From NCBI GenBank assembly GCA_023231475.1, contig JALJEE010000349.1:62001-126000 (forward strand): a stretch of 64,000 bases of DNA, given 5' to 3'. Below, piece by piece: positions 22,442-37,261 of this stretch. Every line of letters starts with the position of its first letter. The stretch's first letter is position 1. A program made the position numbers and the translations under genes. The notes beneath the pieces were generated by a model that was not told where the DNA came from, did no database searches, and was given only the letters and a program-made list of their open reading frames with translations. The DNA is from Seison nebaliae. Its lineage: Eukaryota.

Positions 22442-24715
22442 TCTCACACTCAGTGACAAAAGATGTGGCGAATAATTTGTTATTTGGTGAATGAGAAATG
22501 ATAATCGAAGTTTCTTATGACTCTTCGTTAAAACTTAACGTTGAAGGTTTATTGATAGACAATGATGTTTGTCGTTTATGGACTAAATAAATTTCTCTCA
22601 TAATCCTCGACAGGCTCTCGGAAATATCTTATAAAAAACATTAATTCGATTAGATTGGTTCAATGGTCTGAAACTGGTGCGATGATTTCTCTATCGGTCC
22701 ATTTCTAATTAAGGAGAAAGGAGAGATTCATTTAGTTGAAAGACTATCATTCTTATCATCATCACAAATTTGACTTGCATATAACGAATTCTCTTAATGA
22801 TTGATTAAAAGGATCGGTTTCATTTATCTTCCATATATATCAAATCTTAATGAAAATATACTAATTCATTAAGAATTGTCTCCAATCATTTGGTTGATTG
22901 ATGAGAAGGGGAGGCAAAAATTCATCGATGATCCTAGACATCTTCCACTAACGCGTATTATATAAATGAAATTGCCGAGTTGTCAATTGCACATTTCATT
23001 GAGTACCCTCTCAAAGGGAAGTATGTCTCCCAATTAATATTTCTTACTCGTCTTTCATTCAGCTCGAACTGATTCAATCAAAATTTTTGTTCATTTCCAA
23101 GTGGGAGATCGTTGCTAAACGACACCTTGTAACTGAAGGAATTATTGTTTTTTCCGGTTAATAAGAACGAAACAAACAACATTTTCTACTCATCACATTA
23201 CGGTATCAGGCGAAAGTGTAGTATACTGATTGGACAAACATCATATCCAGGACCTTCTAAGACTTCTACGAAATGTTCCGACGAACATTTTATCATCATT
23301 ATAAATTGTAATAACGGAATTGATGACGTAAGGACATTAAGTAGACAGCAAGAATTTAGTTGGAGGAAGAAATTAAGTTTGAAGGAGAATTATGACAGTT
23401 TCCATTTCTTTGACGAAATGTATTGAACATGAGGTTTATCCGAGTGTGCATGAAAAGAAGTTTTCCGAACGAGATTCATGCAATGAAATTTCTCCATTTA
23501 GATGTGTATATTGATGGAATGTTCCATGGTGGAGCGACACCACGAAAACTTACGTCATTTAACGGGTGGATGACCATAAACTTCTTCAATTCACCTTGAC
23601 AGTTCTAGTCGAGTGAGCTAATTTGTGTGATATAATAAGGAATGTGAATAGAGAATAAAGAATTATTAATATGTGATGGAAGAATGAGGGAATTATTAAT
23701 GAAATAAATCCATGAAATTGAAATGAAAAGAACGCTGTCCATCGAGAACAGAACAAATTGATGAATAATCTTTAAGGGTTATGAATTACTTAATACATAC
23801 ATACATTCACATCCTTTGCAGAAAAACACCTATAAATAAATTAGTGACTTGGCAGCATGCACATTCATCTCTGGAATACGTCATAACATGTCATACATCC
23901 TTCACCTACATTTGTATCTAACGAAAAGTTTTATTTTTAATCAGACATATCATAATATTGACATGAATCAAGGAAAAAGAATGGGAGACATATTAAACAT
24001 AATCAGAATAATTACAGAATCATCAAAATAAGAATAATGATGATAATGACGATGATGATGATAAGAAGTACAATGGGAATGATCGAACATACAATCATCA
24101 CAGGAATAATAGTTCAATAAAAAAAACGAAATATATATGATTCATCTCGAACACAAGAATGGAATCGTCGTCCATCGCATCGAACAGCAAAAGAAAAATT
24201 ATTGATATTTTTTTCAGTTTTTTTTTCCTATTCGAATTAATCTTTTTCTAACATTCCAAATATGAAGATTAGAGATTCCATGTGGTCCTTGGGTAGGAGT
24301 AATGGTTCGTCGAAGGAAAAAAAACATAGGAAGTAAAATTAGGAATTGGGTAACAAAACAGAGATTAAGAAATGAGATATTCTTCCGATGTTACAACTGG
24401 ATGGGAGAAGGGAATGCTTCAAATTACTGCTGAGATCTAGCGATGGTGAAAGATGAAATTCATGTGACACAAATAAAGGAAACTTACTGTTATGTAACAA
24501 TGTTTGACGACGTTCCATCGTTGGGACGAGGAAGACATCAGTCAAAATATTTTTATTGATAAGAAGCTGAAAAGAAACCATTTTACATTTATCATTCATG
24601 GAAAACGAAGGAACGATCGTTCATTTCACTTCACATTGCGAATTTCCTAAACTTTCTTCTTCCGTTATTTTCCACTCGTCAACAAAATGGGAGCGACGTA
24701 AATTGGAAAATTAAA

Positions 24716-24763
24716 TCACCATCATCATCACAATCATCATCACCATCACAATCACCATCACCA
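24716..24763. repeat. Imperfect (CAT/CAC)n trinucleotide repeat
   Basis: tcaccatcatcatcacaatcatcatcaccatcacaatcaccatcacca. Confidence 0.75.
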
Positions 24764-27700
24764 TGAAACATCGAGAAGAAGAAGGACAATGATCAGCATC
24801 AATTATTCGCTTCTCATCATCATCTTTTGCTTATTATGTTAAACAGTCATTCAACATCTTATCATTATGGTAACGTATTTAGCTCCGTCCAATACATGTT
24901 TGGACGAAGAAAAAAAAAATAATTCAAGTGGATGTGACCAACATCGTTATTAATATTCATGCATCAAACTCAACTTGAACAAATCGTTCAGTCAACTACG
25001 TTTGGAAAGTTTTATAAAATGTTTTCGAACCGATGGAGGATAAAACTCCAGGAAGAAAAGATGATCGAATGGAGAAAAATGTAAGAGATAATTCCATCAT
25101 CTTGCATCATTGGAATTAGATGGATTGTATAAAGAACGTAACATTTTCGAGTTATGATGAATGAATTGTTCAAATACTTCAAATTATCAATGGACACAAC
25201 AGTAGGAAAGATAAGTAAGTGTACGAGAAGAGATACAAAGATAATAATAATGATAAATATTTTTGGAACTGGAATGGTGGTGGTTCGAATAAATTCTTCC
25301 AACCAAACGATGTAGTGGGAAAGAAAGAAAGAAAGAAGAAAAGAAAGAAATAGAGAAGAAATCTATTAGAAATACCAACTTGTCTGAATTCCCGTTCTTT
25401 CCGCTTAAGTACCTATCAACCGAATGAGTTGTAGGACGAGTATACGTTGCTCTTCCACAAAAGTAAACTCGAATTGGCTTGTTATAATCTAGATATCGTT
25501 CAGTCGTCCTTCAAACACTTCCTTCACATCACAACTCTGATTTGGAGAAGAAAGAAATAGAACTTGATATTGTTTCACCCAAAATGTTCAATGGTCTTGT
25601 CAACATTTTAATTCGTTTCGCGTATTCCAAATTGACAACAGTTCTCAGCCGATTTTCCTTTCAACGATCTCACTTCATTGATATTATAATTTTCTGAATA
25701 TCATTTGGGAGAAGAAATGTCTGAATGAGAGAAATGTTTGAAGGAGAATATGAGAATTGTTTAAAAATTAATCATATTTTTTTTACAATGATATTCTTAT
25801 GAATGAATTGGCTAATAGTAAGACTCTCCGCCTCCTCATCACATGGTGTCTAAATAATGTTCAATTTGTGATTTGGATTTGGGATAGATAATTCCAATAA
25901 TTGCTTTTTCTACTAAAATGAAAAACGAAAATTGACATAGGGGATGTTGTTTGGGCAGTAACTGAACAATTTATATTGAGTACGAGGAAAGGAACGAAAT
26001 GACAAGAAATCGTAAAATAAATATTTGATAAAAAAAAGAAGAAAAATGTATTCCTTCCTTGAACAATACTCCTCCATGCTTCGTTAAATTATTTTGAATA
26101 ATATTATCGATATATCGATGTATGTATATCATCAGCAAATTAATACCAAAGCGAAAATAGACCTATGTGCACGAAAGATGCATTGTTAGGAGATTGAGAG
26201 AATGACAAATTGATATGAATGTATGTCATTGAACCGAAGTAAACTGACAGAGTCCAGTTACAGTAGAATAAATGTGAGACAAGGAGTTGGAAGGAATTCC
26301 TAATATCCTTTAATTAAATTGTATTCAGCTCGAATTCATTTCAGCTCAACAAACTCTCCCCTCCACTGTCTTTACCACTTGCTATGTAAGTTTGGAACAT
26401 TCTCTCGGATTCACTCCATGATGATTTGTATCAAAACTAATCATTCTTCACCAACAATAGTTTTTTATTGATGAATAACTTCATCTAACTGATTCGAATA
26501 TACTTATCTTTCACCGAAACACTCCCATAAACCAAATATTTTTCTTCCCTTACTAATTGAACTGTTTCCTGTTGGAGGAAATGACGATATTATTTCTCCA
26601 CTTCTAATTCATTCTTATGTCAACAGAAATAAAAGAAATTCGAAAAATTCTTTAAGAAATCATTAGAACATTCCACATTTCTTGGTTCATTCCCATTTTT
26701 ATTTAAACGTTTAGAAATGTGAGGGATCGATTAATTGGAGAAATGAGATGTTGTAAGAGAATTGTGAAATAAAAGTCTGGGAGGAATGTGAGAAGCAGGA
26801 GAGTGGATGAGAGTGCGGAAAATCGAGAGAAATGTTTCCAGAAGAATAAGAATTAATTCGACTAATTTTAATAATAAGTAAAAATGTGAGACGATCATAA
26901 CTAGTGAAAGAAGCATAATCATAATGATGAAGATGGAAAGAAAAATAAGTAGAAGGTATTTCAGGAAGGACAAAAGGAACATAAGATAAAACGATATTCT
27001 ATTAGTCGATTCGATAATTTAGAAGAAGTATTCCTTCATGTCAGAAAGTGAATAAAATAAGAAATTTAATAAGATTTCCTAAAAAAGAAAAACTTATTAA
27101 ACAATTAATATTTATACATTGTCGTAAAGATATTCAACGAAATGTATTCAATTGAATTAGATATTTATTGACTTGATTCGAGTAGTAAATAATTGGCTAT
27201 TCTTTTGGAACTGTTCTGGAAGCGATTTCATGTATTTTAATAATCTGATTCACGAAATACTTATCATTTTTTAATATCTTTCCAAAATTGATCATCTATC
27301 AGTTCTTCTCAATTTTTGGAATAATAATCGAAGAAATTTATAATTACATATTTTTAGAGTAAAAGAAAAAACTCATAAGATGAGTTGGTTTGCCATCAAA
27401 TAATTTTTGTCCATCTGAATATGAATGGGAATGTCTATATGAATAATCTTACGATATTTTCCTTATTGGTTGGTTATTAATTTTAATACGTTTCTCAGCA
27501 TTTTAAGAATTGATAGGAAGATGAAATTGTCGGATAGGAATCTCTGTTATTTGGATGATTCTCGTTTTTTTTAATTTAGAATAAAATGTTCATTAAAATG
27601 TCAATTTCCTTTGATGACGAATCGCTCATTTTATCCAGATTTGACTCATTGCACATTCATAATTATGGAATAGCTGTCCCATCGTCTATTTCGTCCTTTC

Positions 27701-30700
27701 TTCCATCTTCGTTCTTATCGTCTTATTCGTAGTCCTCGTCATCGATTGAAATCGCTAGCACTTAACTCGTTGTTCGACAAAAGAAATTTGTCCCGAATAA
27801 ACAGCAGTTAAATAAAATTGATTCATTTACTTAAAAAATATACGTTCACTCGCTTAAGGTCGTTATTGCATTCTCGTTTAATCGGTAAGTAAGTTCGAGA
27901 TAGAAGAATAGAAAGAATATTTCAGACGAATATAATCGTAGAGCACGAAGAATAGAAGATAATGTTGGGCAAAAGTTTATTTATATTCATTTCACTTTAG
28001 TATTTGGAAGAATTGTTAATGAGAAATGTACATATACGTACCAAGTAGAAAATGCACACGAAATGCACAAAATCGCCATATTGCGATGTGTGTAAACAAC
28101 AAAACAATTTACCTACCTCTTCTACCTTCAATCCGAATTAGCAGTTCTCATGTAATACTTTTGTTTTTAATATTGGCGAAGGAGAATGTCAAACATAATG
28201 TTGAAATAACTTCAATTGTTGAAAATGATTATCATCGAATAAGGAAAATGATCGGACATTTGTTGGGGAGGAATTGATATCGTCTAATGTTACTACGACG
28301 ACAAGAAAATAAGAAGCAAATATGATTTTAAGAGTCATTATCGAATCTTATTTCGATTAAGGATGATAGAAAAGAAAGTTGGTCGAAGGAAAATTTTCAT
28401 TAAAAATTCAATTTTCGACTTGAGTTGTTATGATATATTTGAATAGGAAGAAATGGGTCCATTAGGAGAATGTTCGATTGACATCATACATCTCAATTTC
28501 AATAAAAGTTTTGAATCGTTCCGTTATTTTGAAAAATTCATTTGAATAATTCACATCAAGAGAAATTGTTAGAGAAAGCTGATAATGCGCTATTAGTTCA
28601 TCTCATTATGGATTGGTGAGAAGAAGGGAGAACAATGAAAATATTTAAAATGAAAAAATTCAATTTAGAATTAGATCTTCTTAACCAGCACGATTCCAAC
28701 AACTTAATAAATTCCAATATTTCTTTAATCTTCTATTCGATAAATTTCTTTTTAAATTCTTCAACTAATTAGAAGAAGGAGATGGAGAAGAAAAATATTT
28801 TCCTTTCAATAAATTCTTGAAAAATCGGACTAATTGGATGGAGGAAGAATGAGATTCTTTTTCTTTCATCAATAAGTAAATTTCCGTTTGTATTTTACAT
28901 ATTAATGAAAAGATTATGGTGTCGAAAGAGAAAGTGCAACAACGAATAACAATGGGGGGAAGTGTTTTTGACAAGATGTAAATTCAATGCAGTTCCTCTA
29001 ATAATAAATAAATTTAATTAGATTATTTTTTCTCCAATATCATAATTAACGGAGGAACAAACTTCTCTAATACTAACATTATAAATTATAACTTCAGTCT
29101 CTAATCAGATTTTCATCAGACGGAACTTTACCCACAAAACAAAGAGATTTTAAAATAATTACTGAAAATTGATGATGTAATTCTAATGGAATATTATCAA
29201 GTCGTTAGTAACGACTCGTTACTCATAATATGCTTATTTCAGACTGATTGATTGAATGGATGTCAATGAATTTACTTCAATTCTCCACCAGTACTTCATT
29301 TTATTTTTGTAAATGTCATATATATATATAATTGGATACTTTCAATCTAATACGTCACAGATACGATTCAACAACACACTCTCGTTTAGCCACAAAATGC
29401 ACCTAGCACAAAATTAGCACATTAAACATGCGCATACTCATTATTTAAATGGACATCTCTTTCACGAAGCATGTCGAAAGAAACGAAAAAATTTGATCAT
29501 CAAATTGGACAAAAACTTTCACAATATTTTTGTTAATTAAATTTCAGCGTCCTTCACAATTCTTCCTCTTTTTGTTATTGTGTAATGGACAATTCGAATG
29601 TTTCAATATTTTTCACTATTTCCACTTGAAAATTTCAAGAATTTCTCTTACTAAATTAATCGTCAATTCTTCGTAAAATGTGAATGAAGATATGTCACAT
29701 GCGTATACGTGGAATCGTTTTACGAGTTTCTTTCTTTCTTGTTCGAGAAGGAATGATGATGACGAACTGGGAAGATTGGGAAAGTCGTAGAATTCGACAT
29801 TCGAACAGTGGTGAATTGAAAAAGAAATTGTTATAGAAATAACGAAATATAGAAATGTGGAACAGTGTAGACATACAGTGGAACAATTTCTTTTTCAGTC
29901 ATCTATGTCGATATGAATAGCAATCAGATATCTTAGAATAAAAAACGATTATTCCCATGTCTACAATATTCTCATCATTTTTCTTCATTTACTTCTCATT
30001 GCGATTATTCGTTATTAGCATTCACGATAAGAGTAATTAATGAGAAAGAAGAAGAAGATATGTGGGAGAATGGAGAGAGGGCGGGTTGGTTACGATTGTC
30101 GAATGTTACGATTTAATGTTATCTTCATAAAAGAATGACTGTCTTCTCTCCATTCACACTTGTATATCTCATCATCGATGCGACAAAAACATACAAACAA
30201 CGGAAAGTAAACAGAACCAATAATGCAATCTTACTAATTTAATTATTCTCACTTGAATTCCTGCAATTATCTGACGTGTAATTGAGAGAAAAAATATATT
30301 TGTTCGTTGAAAATCTCGGTGAAATGTTGCACAATATCAATAATTACTCCAACATAATATAACTTAATTATAAGATGATTACCATCAACAATTGATGGAC
30401 ATTTTAATTTAGTTCAACAATAATTCTCGTGTTTCCTTCTAGGACTAATGATAATTTGGATGTTACGTCCATTTGAAGGAATTAAACTGGCGTAAACAAC
30501 CCCAGTCACTGGAGATGAAAGACAATCGCCTCCCGCACTACAATGTTAAAGTTCGAACTCAATAAAATTCAGTGAAGAAATTAACTAAAATTTTGTGTTA
30601 AACTATAAATTTTTATATTCTGACAATTGTGACGTTTGACGAAATGGTTTGATGTGAATTATTGTTGATGATCGTCAACTTTTTATTAGTTTACGACATA

Positions 30701-31226
30701 ATCGTTCTTCGTTCAAGGAAGAAATGCTAATTCGCAATTCTTCCTAATGTTGGACATGTGGAACTTGAGAAAATTCATTCGATTCCTTCTCCATTCGATT
30801 AAACTTTTTAGAAATAGGAAGCAAAATAGTTGACAATGTTCAATACGAGAATTGTTAATGTGAAAAATGGAGCTTTATTTTCTTTTTGATAAATGACGAA
30901 GTTTCATGTCAGAGTTTTGTAAAGAATGTTCTTTGTCTGGTTGGTGGATTTCTTAAAGTGGTTTGAATGACTTTATTGTTGTGTGGTGGGTTTGGACAGT
31001 GTCGGGACGTCATATTAATAAGATCAACAAGATATAGTTTATTCAGAAGAAAACTCGACAGCAACACGTTAGCGTTGTTCCTCAGCCTAACTTTTGTTTC
31101 TACAAATCACGCGACACCACAGTGGTGGTCTCGAGAAGAAGAAATGTTGAATTCGAATAATGTTTCAGTTATAAGCTGAGAAATTGCTGTTGTCAAAATG
31201 GAATGGGTGGAGGATTATGTTTTCTG

Positions 31227-31258
31227 TGGAATGGAATGGAATGGAATGGAATGGAATG
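31227..31258. repeat. (TGGAA)6 pentanucleotide microsatellite
   Basis: Six perfect copies seen directly. Confidence 0.9.
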
Positions 31259-31681
31259 ATAGTTCATTCGTCCATCATTCAGAGAGGAGATGTATATGGA
31301 ATGGAACGCGTTTGTTAAGAGATGCAATCAGATTGCACTCTCCTTCCCCTTAAAACATAACTTCTTTTCATCTCTCATAGACTCGTTCGATTTTCATTTC
31401 GCTCATCTCTCCCATTTGATGAGTAGTTTCAATGTTTTCTTTTACATTATGTTATTCCCATTAAACGGAATTTTTTCCTTTCAATTCTGTCGAACAAAGC
31501 AAAAAATAATTAAAAGCAATCTTCTGAAAACGAAGGAAAATTTCAAATGAGAAGGAAAGTTTTAAGAGAATTATTTCTTTCTTCTCTCCTTCTCATCTTT
31601 TCATTTTTCACTATTTACTTTTCTTCGTCACTAATTGAATTGTTTTGGAAAAAAAAAACTTTTTAGAATTTTCTTTTCATC

Positions 31682-32769
31682 ATGTTCGCTTACGTCCTCT
31701 TGTCTACCAACGATGCTTACATGCCTGGCGTACTGACCGTTGCCGCGTTGCTCAACAAATACAACACTAAATATGATCTGGTTCTTCTCATCACGTCACA
31801 AGTGTCAGAAAATTTAAAGTTAGTTTAATTTTGGACAGTCAATCCATTCTGACCATTTCCACAAAGGAATATCGCGAAGAATTTCTTCACGAAAGTTCTA
31901 TTGATTGATGAATTAGTATCGAACGAATTCGATAAACTTCGATTGATGTCTCGACCTGATCTTAATGTGGCAATGACGAAATTGCGAATGTGGAACTTGA
32001 CTGGTTATAGTAAATGTCTTTATTTAGATGCTGACACGATGGTTAGTCAATATTTCGGATGATGGTCATTCTCTTTTCAGCCATTGACATCTCTCGACAA
32101 TTTGTTCGATGAATTTGATGGATTCGCTGCCGCTCCAGATATTGGATGGCCTGATTGCTTCAATTCTGGAGTGTACATGTTCTCACCCGATCCTGATATC
32201 TATTCGAAGTTATTAGGATTGGCTGAGGCATCTGTCAGTTTTGACGGTTTTTTTTTCCATTTGAAATTTTTCCAATATGAGATTGATTTTTAGGAGCCGA
32301 TCAAGGATTGTTGAATGAATATTTTGGTGAAGAATGGAGAAGTAGCATGAGCGGACGATTACCATTCGTATATAATGTAACAGCGAATGTCCATTACACT
32401 TATGTACCCGCATGGAAACGATATGGTGAAGATATAAAGAATATTCATTTCATCGGACAACAGAAACCGTGGATGATGAAACCGGATGCATCCGATTTCT
32501 ACTCTAGCATGTGGTGGCAGTCATTCAACGAACTCGTCCAACCACATCTTTCACCGAAGAAACGAATGGAAGAGACGGTGACGAATGAGACATGGAACAA
32601 ACCGGAAGATAGTAAAATAAATAACATTTCAATGACAATGAAACAGATGAATGTTAACGAAGAATTCTTACCAAAACCAGAAACGTCGAACGAGATCCAA
32701 AGTGATATGGTAGCGACTTCATACGAGCAGATCGAAGCTCATTTGGACAGTATCATTTACAAGAAGTGA
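31682..32769 (+). CDS. GYG1: Glycogenin (GT8), 3 introns
   Basis: AYVLLSTNDAY, RPDLNVAMTKL, YLDADT (DxD), AAPDIGWPDCFNSGV, SFDGADQGLLN, YTYVPAW (autoglucosylated Tyr position) and HFIGQQKPW. Confidence 0.95.
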
Positions 32770-33362
32770 ATCGACTCGTATGTATCTCCGATTTGACACG
32801 ACGACGCCCAACTGAATGAGAGAATTTTATTTGTTTTCCTATTTTCCTTTAGAATGTTTTTAATTTCTAGATTCTATACATAATTCTACAATGTCGAATG
32901 TTCTTCGAATTAATTCTTTCGTTCACATCTTTCTACTGATATCTATCGATGTGACGACAATTCATTCCTCCATTGTTAGCTTATTCTTCTCAAACGTCTC
33001 CTCTCTTCCACCTATCTCTCTTCCAATCGAACAAAAAGTTTCTCTTATACAAACCGTCTTTTGGTTATTATCATTTACATCTGAATAGAAGTCTTTGTTA
33101 TTTATTGAAATTAAATTTTAAATAAATTCTCTTTTCCGATTGTAGGTATTATTCTGCCAGTTGAATATATTCCCAGTCGAATTTTTGCAACTTTTATTAA
33201 AACTTCCTTTTTTTATTAGAAACTCTTTTAAAATTTCTTAAGCTAAACATCTAAGAAAGACAAACTGTAAAAGTTAGAATCGATTCCATACATCATTTGA
33301 AGACGATTTGTCCCAAATTCAACTGAAGTTCAAATTCTTCCTCAGGCTGACAAATATAATAT

Positions 33363-33471
33363 AGTTCCACTCCGAAATCGAAAAAAAGGTGTGAGTTCCG
33401 CTCCGAAATCGAAAAAATGGGGTGAGTTCCGCTCCGAAATTTGAGTGAATTCCGAAAATAGAAAAGAGGGT
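33363..33471. repeat. Tandem repeat with a 31-bp unit, ~2.5 good copies plus one decayed copy
   Basis: agttcc(a/g)ctccgaaatcgaaaaaa(a/t)gg(t/g)gtg at 33363 and 33394, with a partial copy at 33425. Confidence 0.85.
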
Positions 33472-34198
33472 GAACTGAAACCAGAGTAAGTTTTGCTCCG
33501 TAACCCATCAACACCAAGCACAACAGGAAAACTTTCGTTCATTTTCCATCGTGAATAATGTTTCGACGAAAACTATAAAACTAAAATTATATTAGAAGTG
33601 TCTTGAGAAAATAATCTGAAAAAATTTTCGAATTTTCTCAACATGAATCTTTTCATTCAACAAAATAAAAAAAGATACCGCCCAATTAGAAATCTTTCCA
33701 AACATTTCCTATTTATCCAAAAGAAGTAGAAAATTTTTTCCTTTTGTCAGTCAACATATAATATGTATCTTGAAATAATTTGAATCAGATCAGAAATATG
33801 AATAGACAAGAATTTCAATTTGACGAATGAATAATAATTTGTAAGAGAAATCGTTTTACGATTATGAAGCTTAATATTAAGTTGAAATGCATTGAATGTC
33901 CAGGGAAATAGATTGGGAAGTATATAATGAAACAATTTTTACATGTCACTCATTGTTATGAGAATTATGTATGACATGTGAATGTTGACTATTTACAAGT
34001 TGGTTTATGTTTCTCTGGAATGAGAGATAAGCTCAGAAGTCCAAATTCGATTAATTGGAAAAAAAAATAGAATTAGTGGGAAAAATATAGGTCGAACGAT
34101 GGACGTGAACAAAGTACTTTAAATAAGCTTGCTGTCTTATCTTTCCTTTTATCCAACATTTAAAATCGTTCAATTTTTCCTCGTAACTTTTAGAAATC

Positions 34199-35610
34199 AT
34201 GTCTGCGAAGGAAATTAGTCGAAATATTCTGAAGAATTTGAACAAGAAACTTTTGTCGAACGACAAATATCGATTAGCAAAGAATGCTTGTGTTCAGTTA
34301 AATCCGATATCATTGGCCGTCGATCAAGAGGCACGTCATCTCCTTCAACCATTCTACAACACAAAAATTACTAACGAGACGAAGCCGGTAACTGATCAGA
34401 AATCATCAGGACGATGTTGGATATTCGCTTGTTTGAATGTCATTCGTCTCTCACTCCAGAAGAAATTCTCAAGTGACGAATTGGAATTGTCACAATCATT
34501 CGTCTTCTATTACGACAAGATTGAACGATCAATTTATGCGTTGAAAACGCAACTCGATCTCGCCATCAAAGACGAAGAAGTAAATGGACGTCTCGTTTCA
34601 TTTCTTATTGAGAAACCGTTAGAGGATGGTGGACAATGGTCGATGTTGCAGAATATCATCGAGAAATACGGATTAATGCCGAAAGCGGCATTTCCTGATA
34701 ATGTCAATTCGCAAGCATCTTTTCGGATGAATCGTCTTCTCAACACAAAAGTCAAACAATTCACTTGTGAGATGAGGAAATTGTTGAAAGAAGGAAAGAA
34801 GAAGGAGGATATTGAAAAGAAAATTTTCGGTTGTTATCTAGATGAAATCCATCGAATTGTTACCATTTGTCTCGGCATTCCACCCGAAACATTCACTTGG
34901 GAATATAAAACGAATGATGGGAAATATGGAGTTCTGGAGAATGTGACGCCATTCGATTTCTATCATGAACATGTCAAACCTTTGTTCAATATGAGAGACC
35001 ATCTCCAAGTGGTACATGACCCTCGGAATGATTATGGGAAAATGTATACAGTTGAACTGTTGAACAATGCTACTGATGGCACTCTACCAAGATATAATAA
35101 TCAACCAGTGTCAATATTGAAGAAGATTGCAAGCGAAAGTCTCAAGAATGATCACGCCGTATGGTTCGGAGCGGATGTCGGTAAATATTTCAATAAAGCA
35201 CATTCCCTTTTAGCATTAGAAGCATTCGACTATAAATTAGTGTTCGATACTACACCGAAAGAAATGGATAAAGCAGAACGTCTCCGATTTGGTGACACTG
35301 GTATGGAACACGCAATGGTATTCACTGGTGTCCATATTAACGTTAATTCTTCTTCATTTTCCAATTTATCATATTTTTTCATTTTTTCTTATAGAAAAAT
35401 GAATCAACTATGAAGTGGCGAGTAGAGAATTCGTGGGGAGAAGATAATATGGGAAAGGGATATCTGACCATGAGCGACCAATGGTTCGATGAGTACGTGT
35501 TTATGGTAGTGGTAAACAAGAAATATGTTCCAGCTGATGTGTTGAAGGCGGAGGAGAGTACCCCGATACAGCTTCCGGCTTGGGATCCAATGGGAACACT
35601 AGCCAATTAA
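34199..35610 (+). CDS. BLMH: Bleomycin hydrolase (peptidase C1B), one intron at 35342-35394
   Basis: QKSSGRCWIFA (catalytic Cys), DGGQW, EHAM (His), WRVENSWG (Asn) and C-terminal WDPMGTLAN. Confidence 0.97.
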
Positions 35611-37261
35611 AGATGAAATAATTCATTGATAATCCAACTCTTTTTCAATATTTTCTCTTATTTTCGTAGTAAATTTATTAGTCGTAAATGTTCCAAATCT
35701 TCTAGAGAAGAGAAGGAAGAGCAACTACAAACATTTTCTTTGCCAGTGAAAGTGAAGAAGGAGGAAATGAATGATTGATTGACTTCTAGTTCCAAGTTCC
35801 TTCGCCTTTAATCCTAAATATTCTATAGCGACTCAAGTATGATGATGGTGGTGAGAGAAAAGAAAACATTTCCGTAAAAATTCTATTACATTAATGGAGA
35901 GCAATAAGATGTTGTTATTTTGAAGGGAAGGGAGATGGTTGTACAAACATCCAACTTCATTTAACCACAAGAGAAATTAGGAGAGAAGGCAATGTTCAAA
36001 ACAGTTCAATGTGGAACGATGTTGACGATGTTCGAAAAAAGGAAATTATCTTAATTTGATTTCTCCCTCCGATCCTCAACAGTTCGATCACCTTCATTCT
36101 TCTCAGAGATAATGTGCACATATTGTGTAGTGTGCGTGTTTATTTTGTGTGAATTGTGTAATAGTTTAACAATTTCCACTCACTATATACATGTAGGAGA
36201 GAGGAGAAGTGTAAGTGCAAAAAAAATAGATGGTCTATATGTCAGCATTTGGACCGTATTATGTATTGTCTATGGAAACATAGGTAATTCTCGTTGTCAT
36301 GATTGTTAATGTTGAAAGTTAATAAACAATAATTGTATCAATAATTTCATGATATCGTCAAGTTAGAGAGGGGAAGTGGAATGACAAGTTTAGTCACGAA
36401 TGAAATTACATTGATTATTTTGAGAAGTATAATGGGAAAATCTGATTGAACATCAACTTATCTCCCCGACAACTTTCAATGATTATCGTCGTTCTGCTTG
36501 TTCGGAAGAGAATGTTAAGGAATCATATCATTGTCAGTTCCATGTCATTAGTGTCCGAAGGTACTATCTCCGATAGTTTTCAAGAAGTATGTTTCATCAT
36601 CTCATTCAGGTTTCTCCAAAAGAGAAATGAGAGAATTTGAAAAGAATTCAACTAAAAATTCTATTCTTAACGATGTGATCTATATAGTTAGTTAGGAACG
36701 TCATCATCGTCATGGCAACGAAAGGAATGATAATTATCCACCAAAAAACAGACAAATAGTGAGGAGACATCGAATTGAATAATTTACTTTCTCTCCTACA
36801 AGTCAAATAAATCAATATCAATATGTTATATAATATACCAAGAAGAGAGTTGTCCTCTCTCGTTTTTTCTTCTTCTTTCAATTAACAATTATAAGTTATT
36901 TCGTGTAAGTTGAATATTAGCAATATGATCGACACTAATTCTGCTTGACCGATTTCTATCATATTCTCTAAATATCGACTCAAAAGACATAAAGTTGACA
37001 CATCAATTCGTGAGAGTCAACTCCCAAACAATTCGACTATTAAGTTCCTCACTTAAATTCCATAACGGAATGGATTTTTCTTATATTATTCATTAAAATA
37101 AAATCGATAAACGAAAATTATCAGTTGAGAATTATGAGAGGTAAATTAATCAAGATAATTTTCCATTTAGAGTCTTTTTCATTTCCCATTTAGCATGAGA
37201 AGGAAATAATCATTTATCGTTCCATCACATTGAATTTTGCCACTTGATCATCGGAACTAGA

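Noticed and set aside
33363..33471. CRISPR-like array
   Set aside because: Units are contiguous with no unique spacers, there are no cas genes, and the context is eukaryotic.
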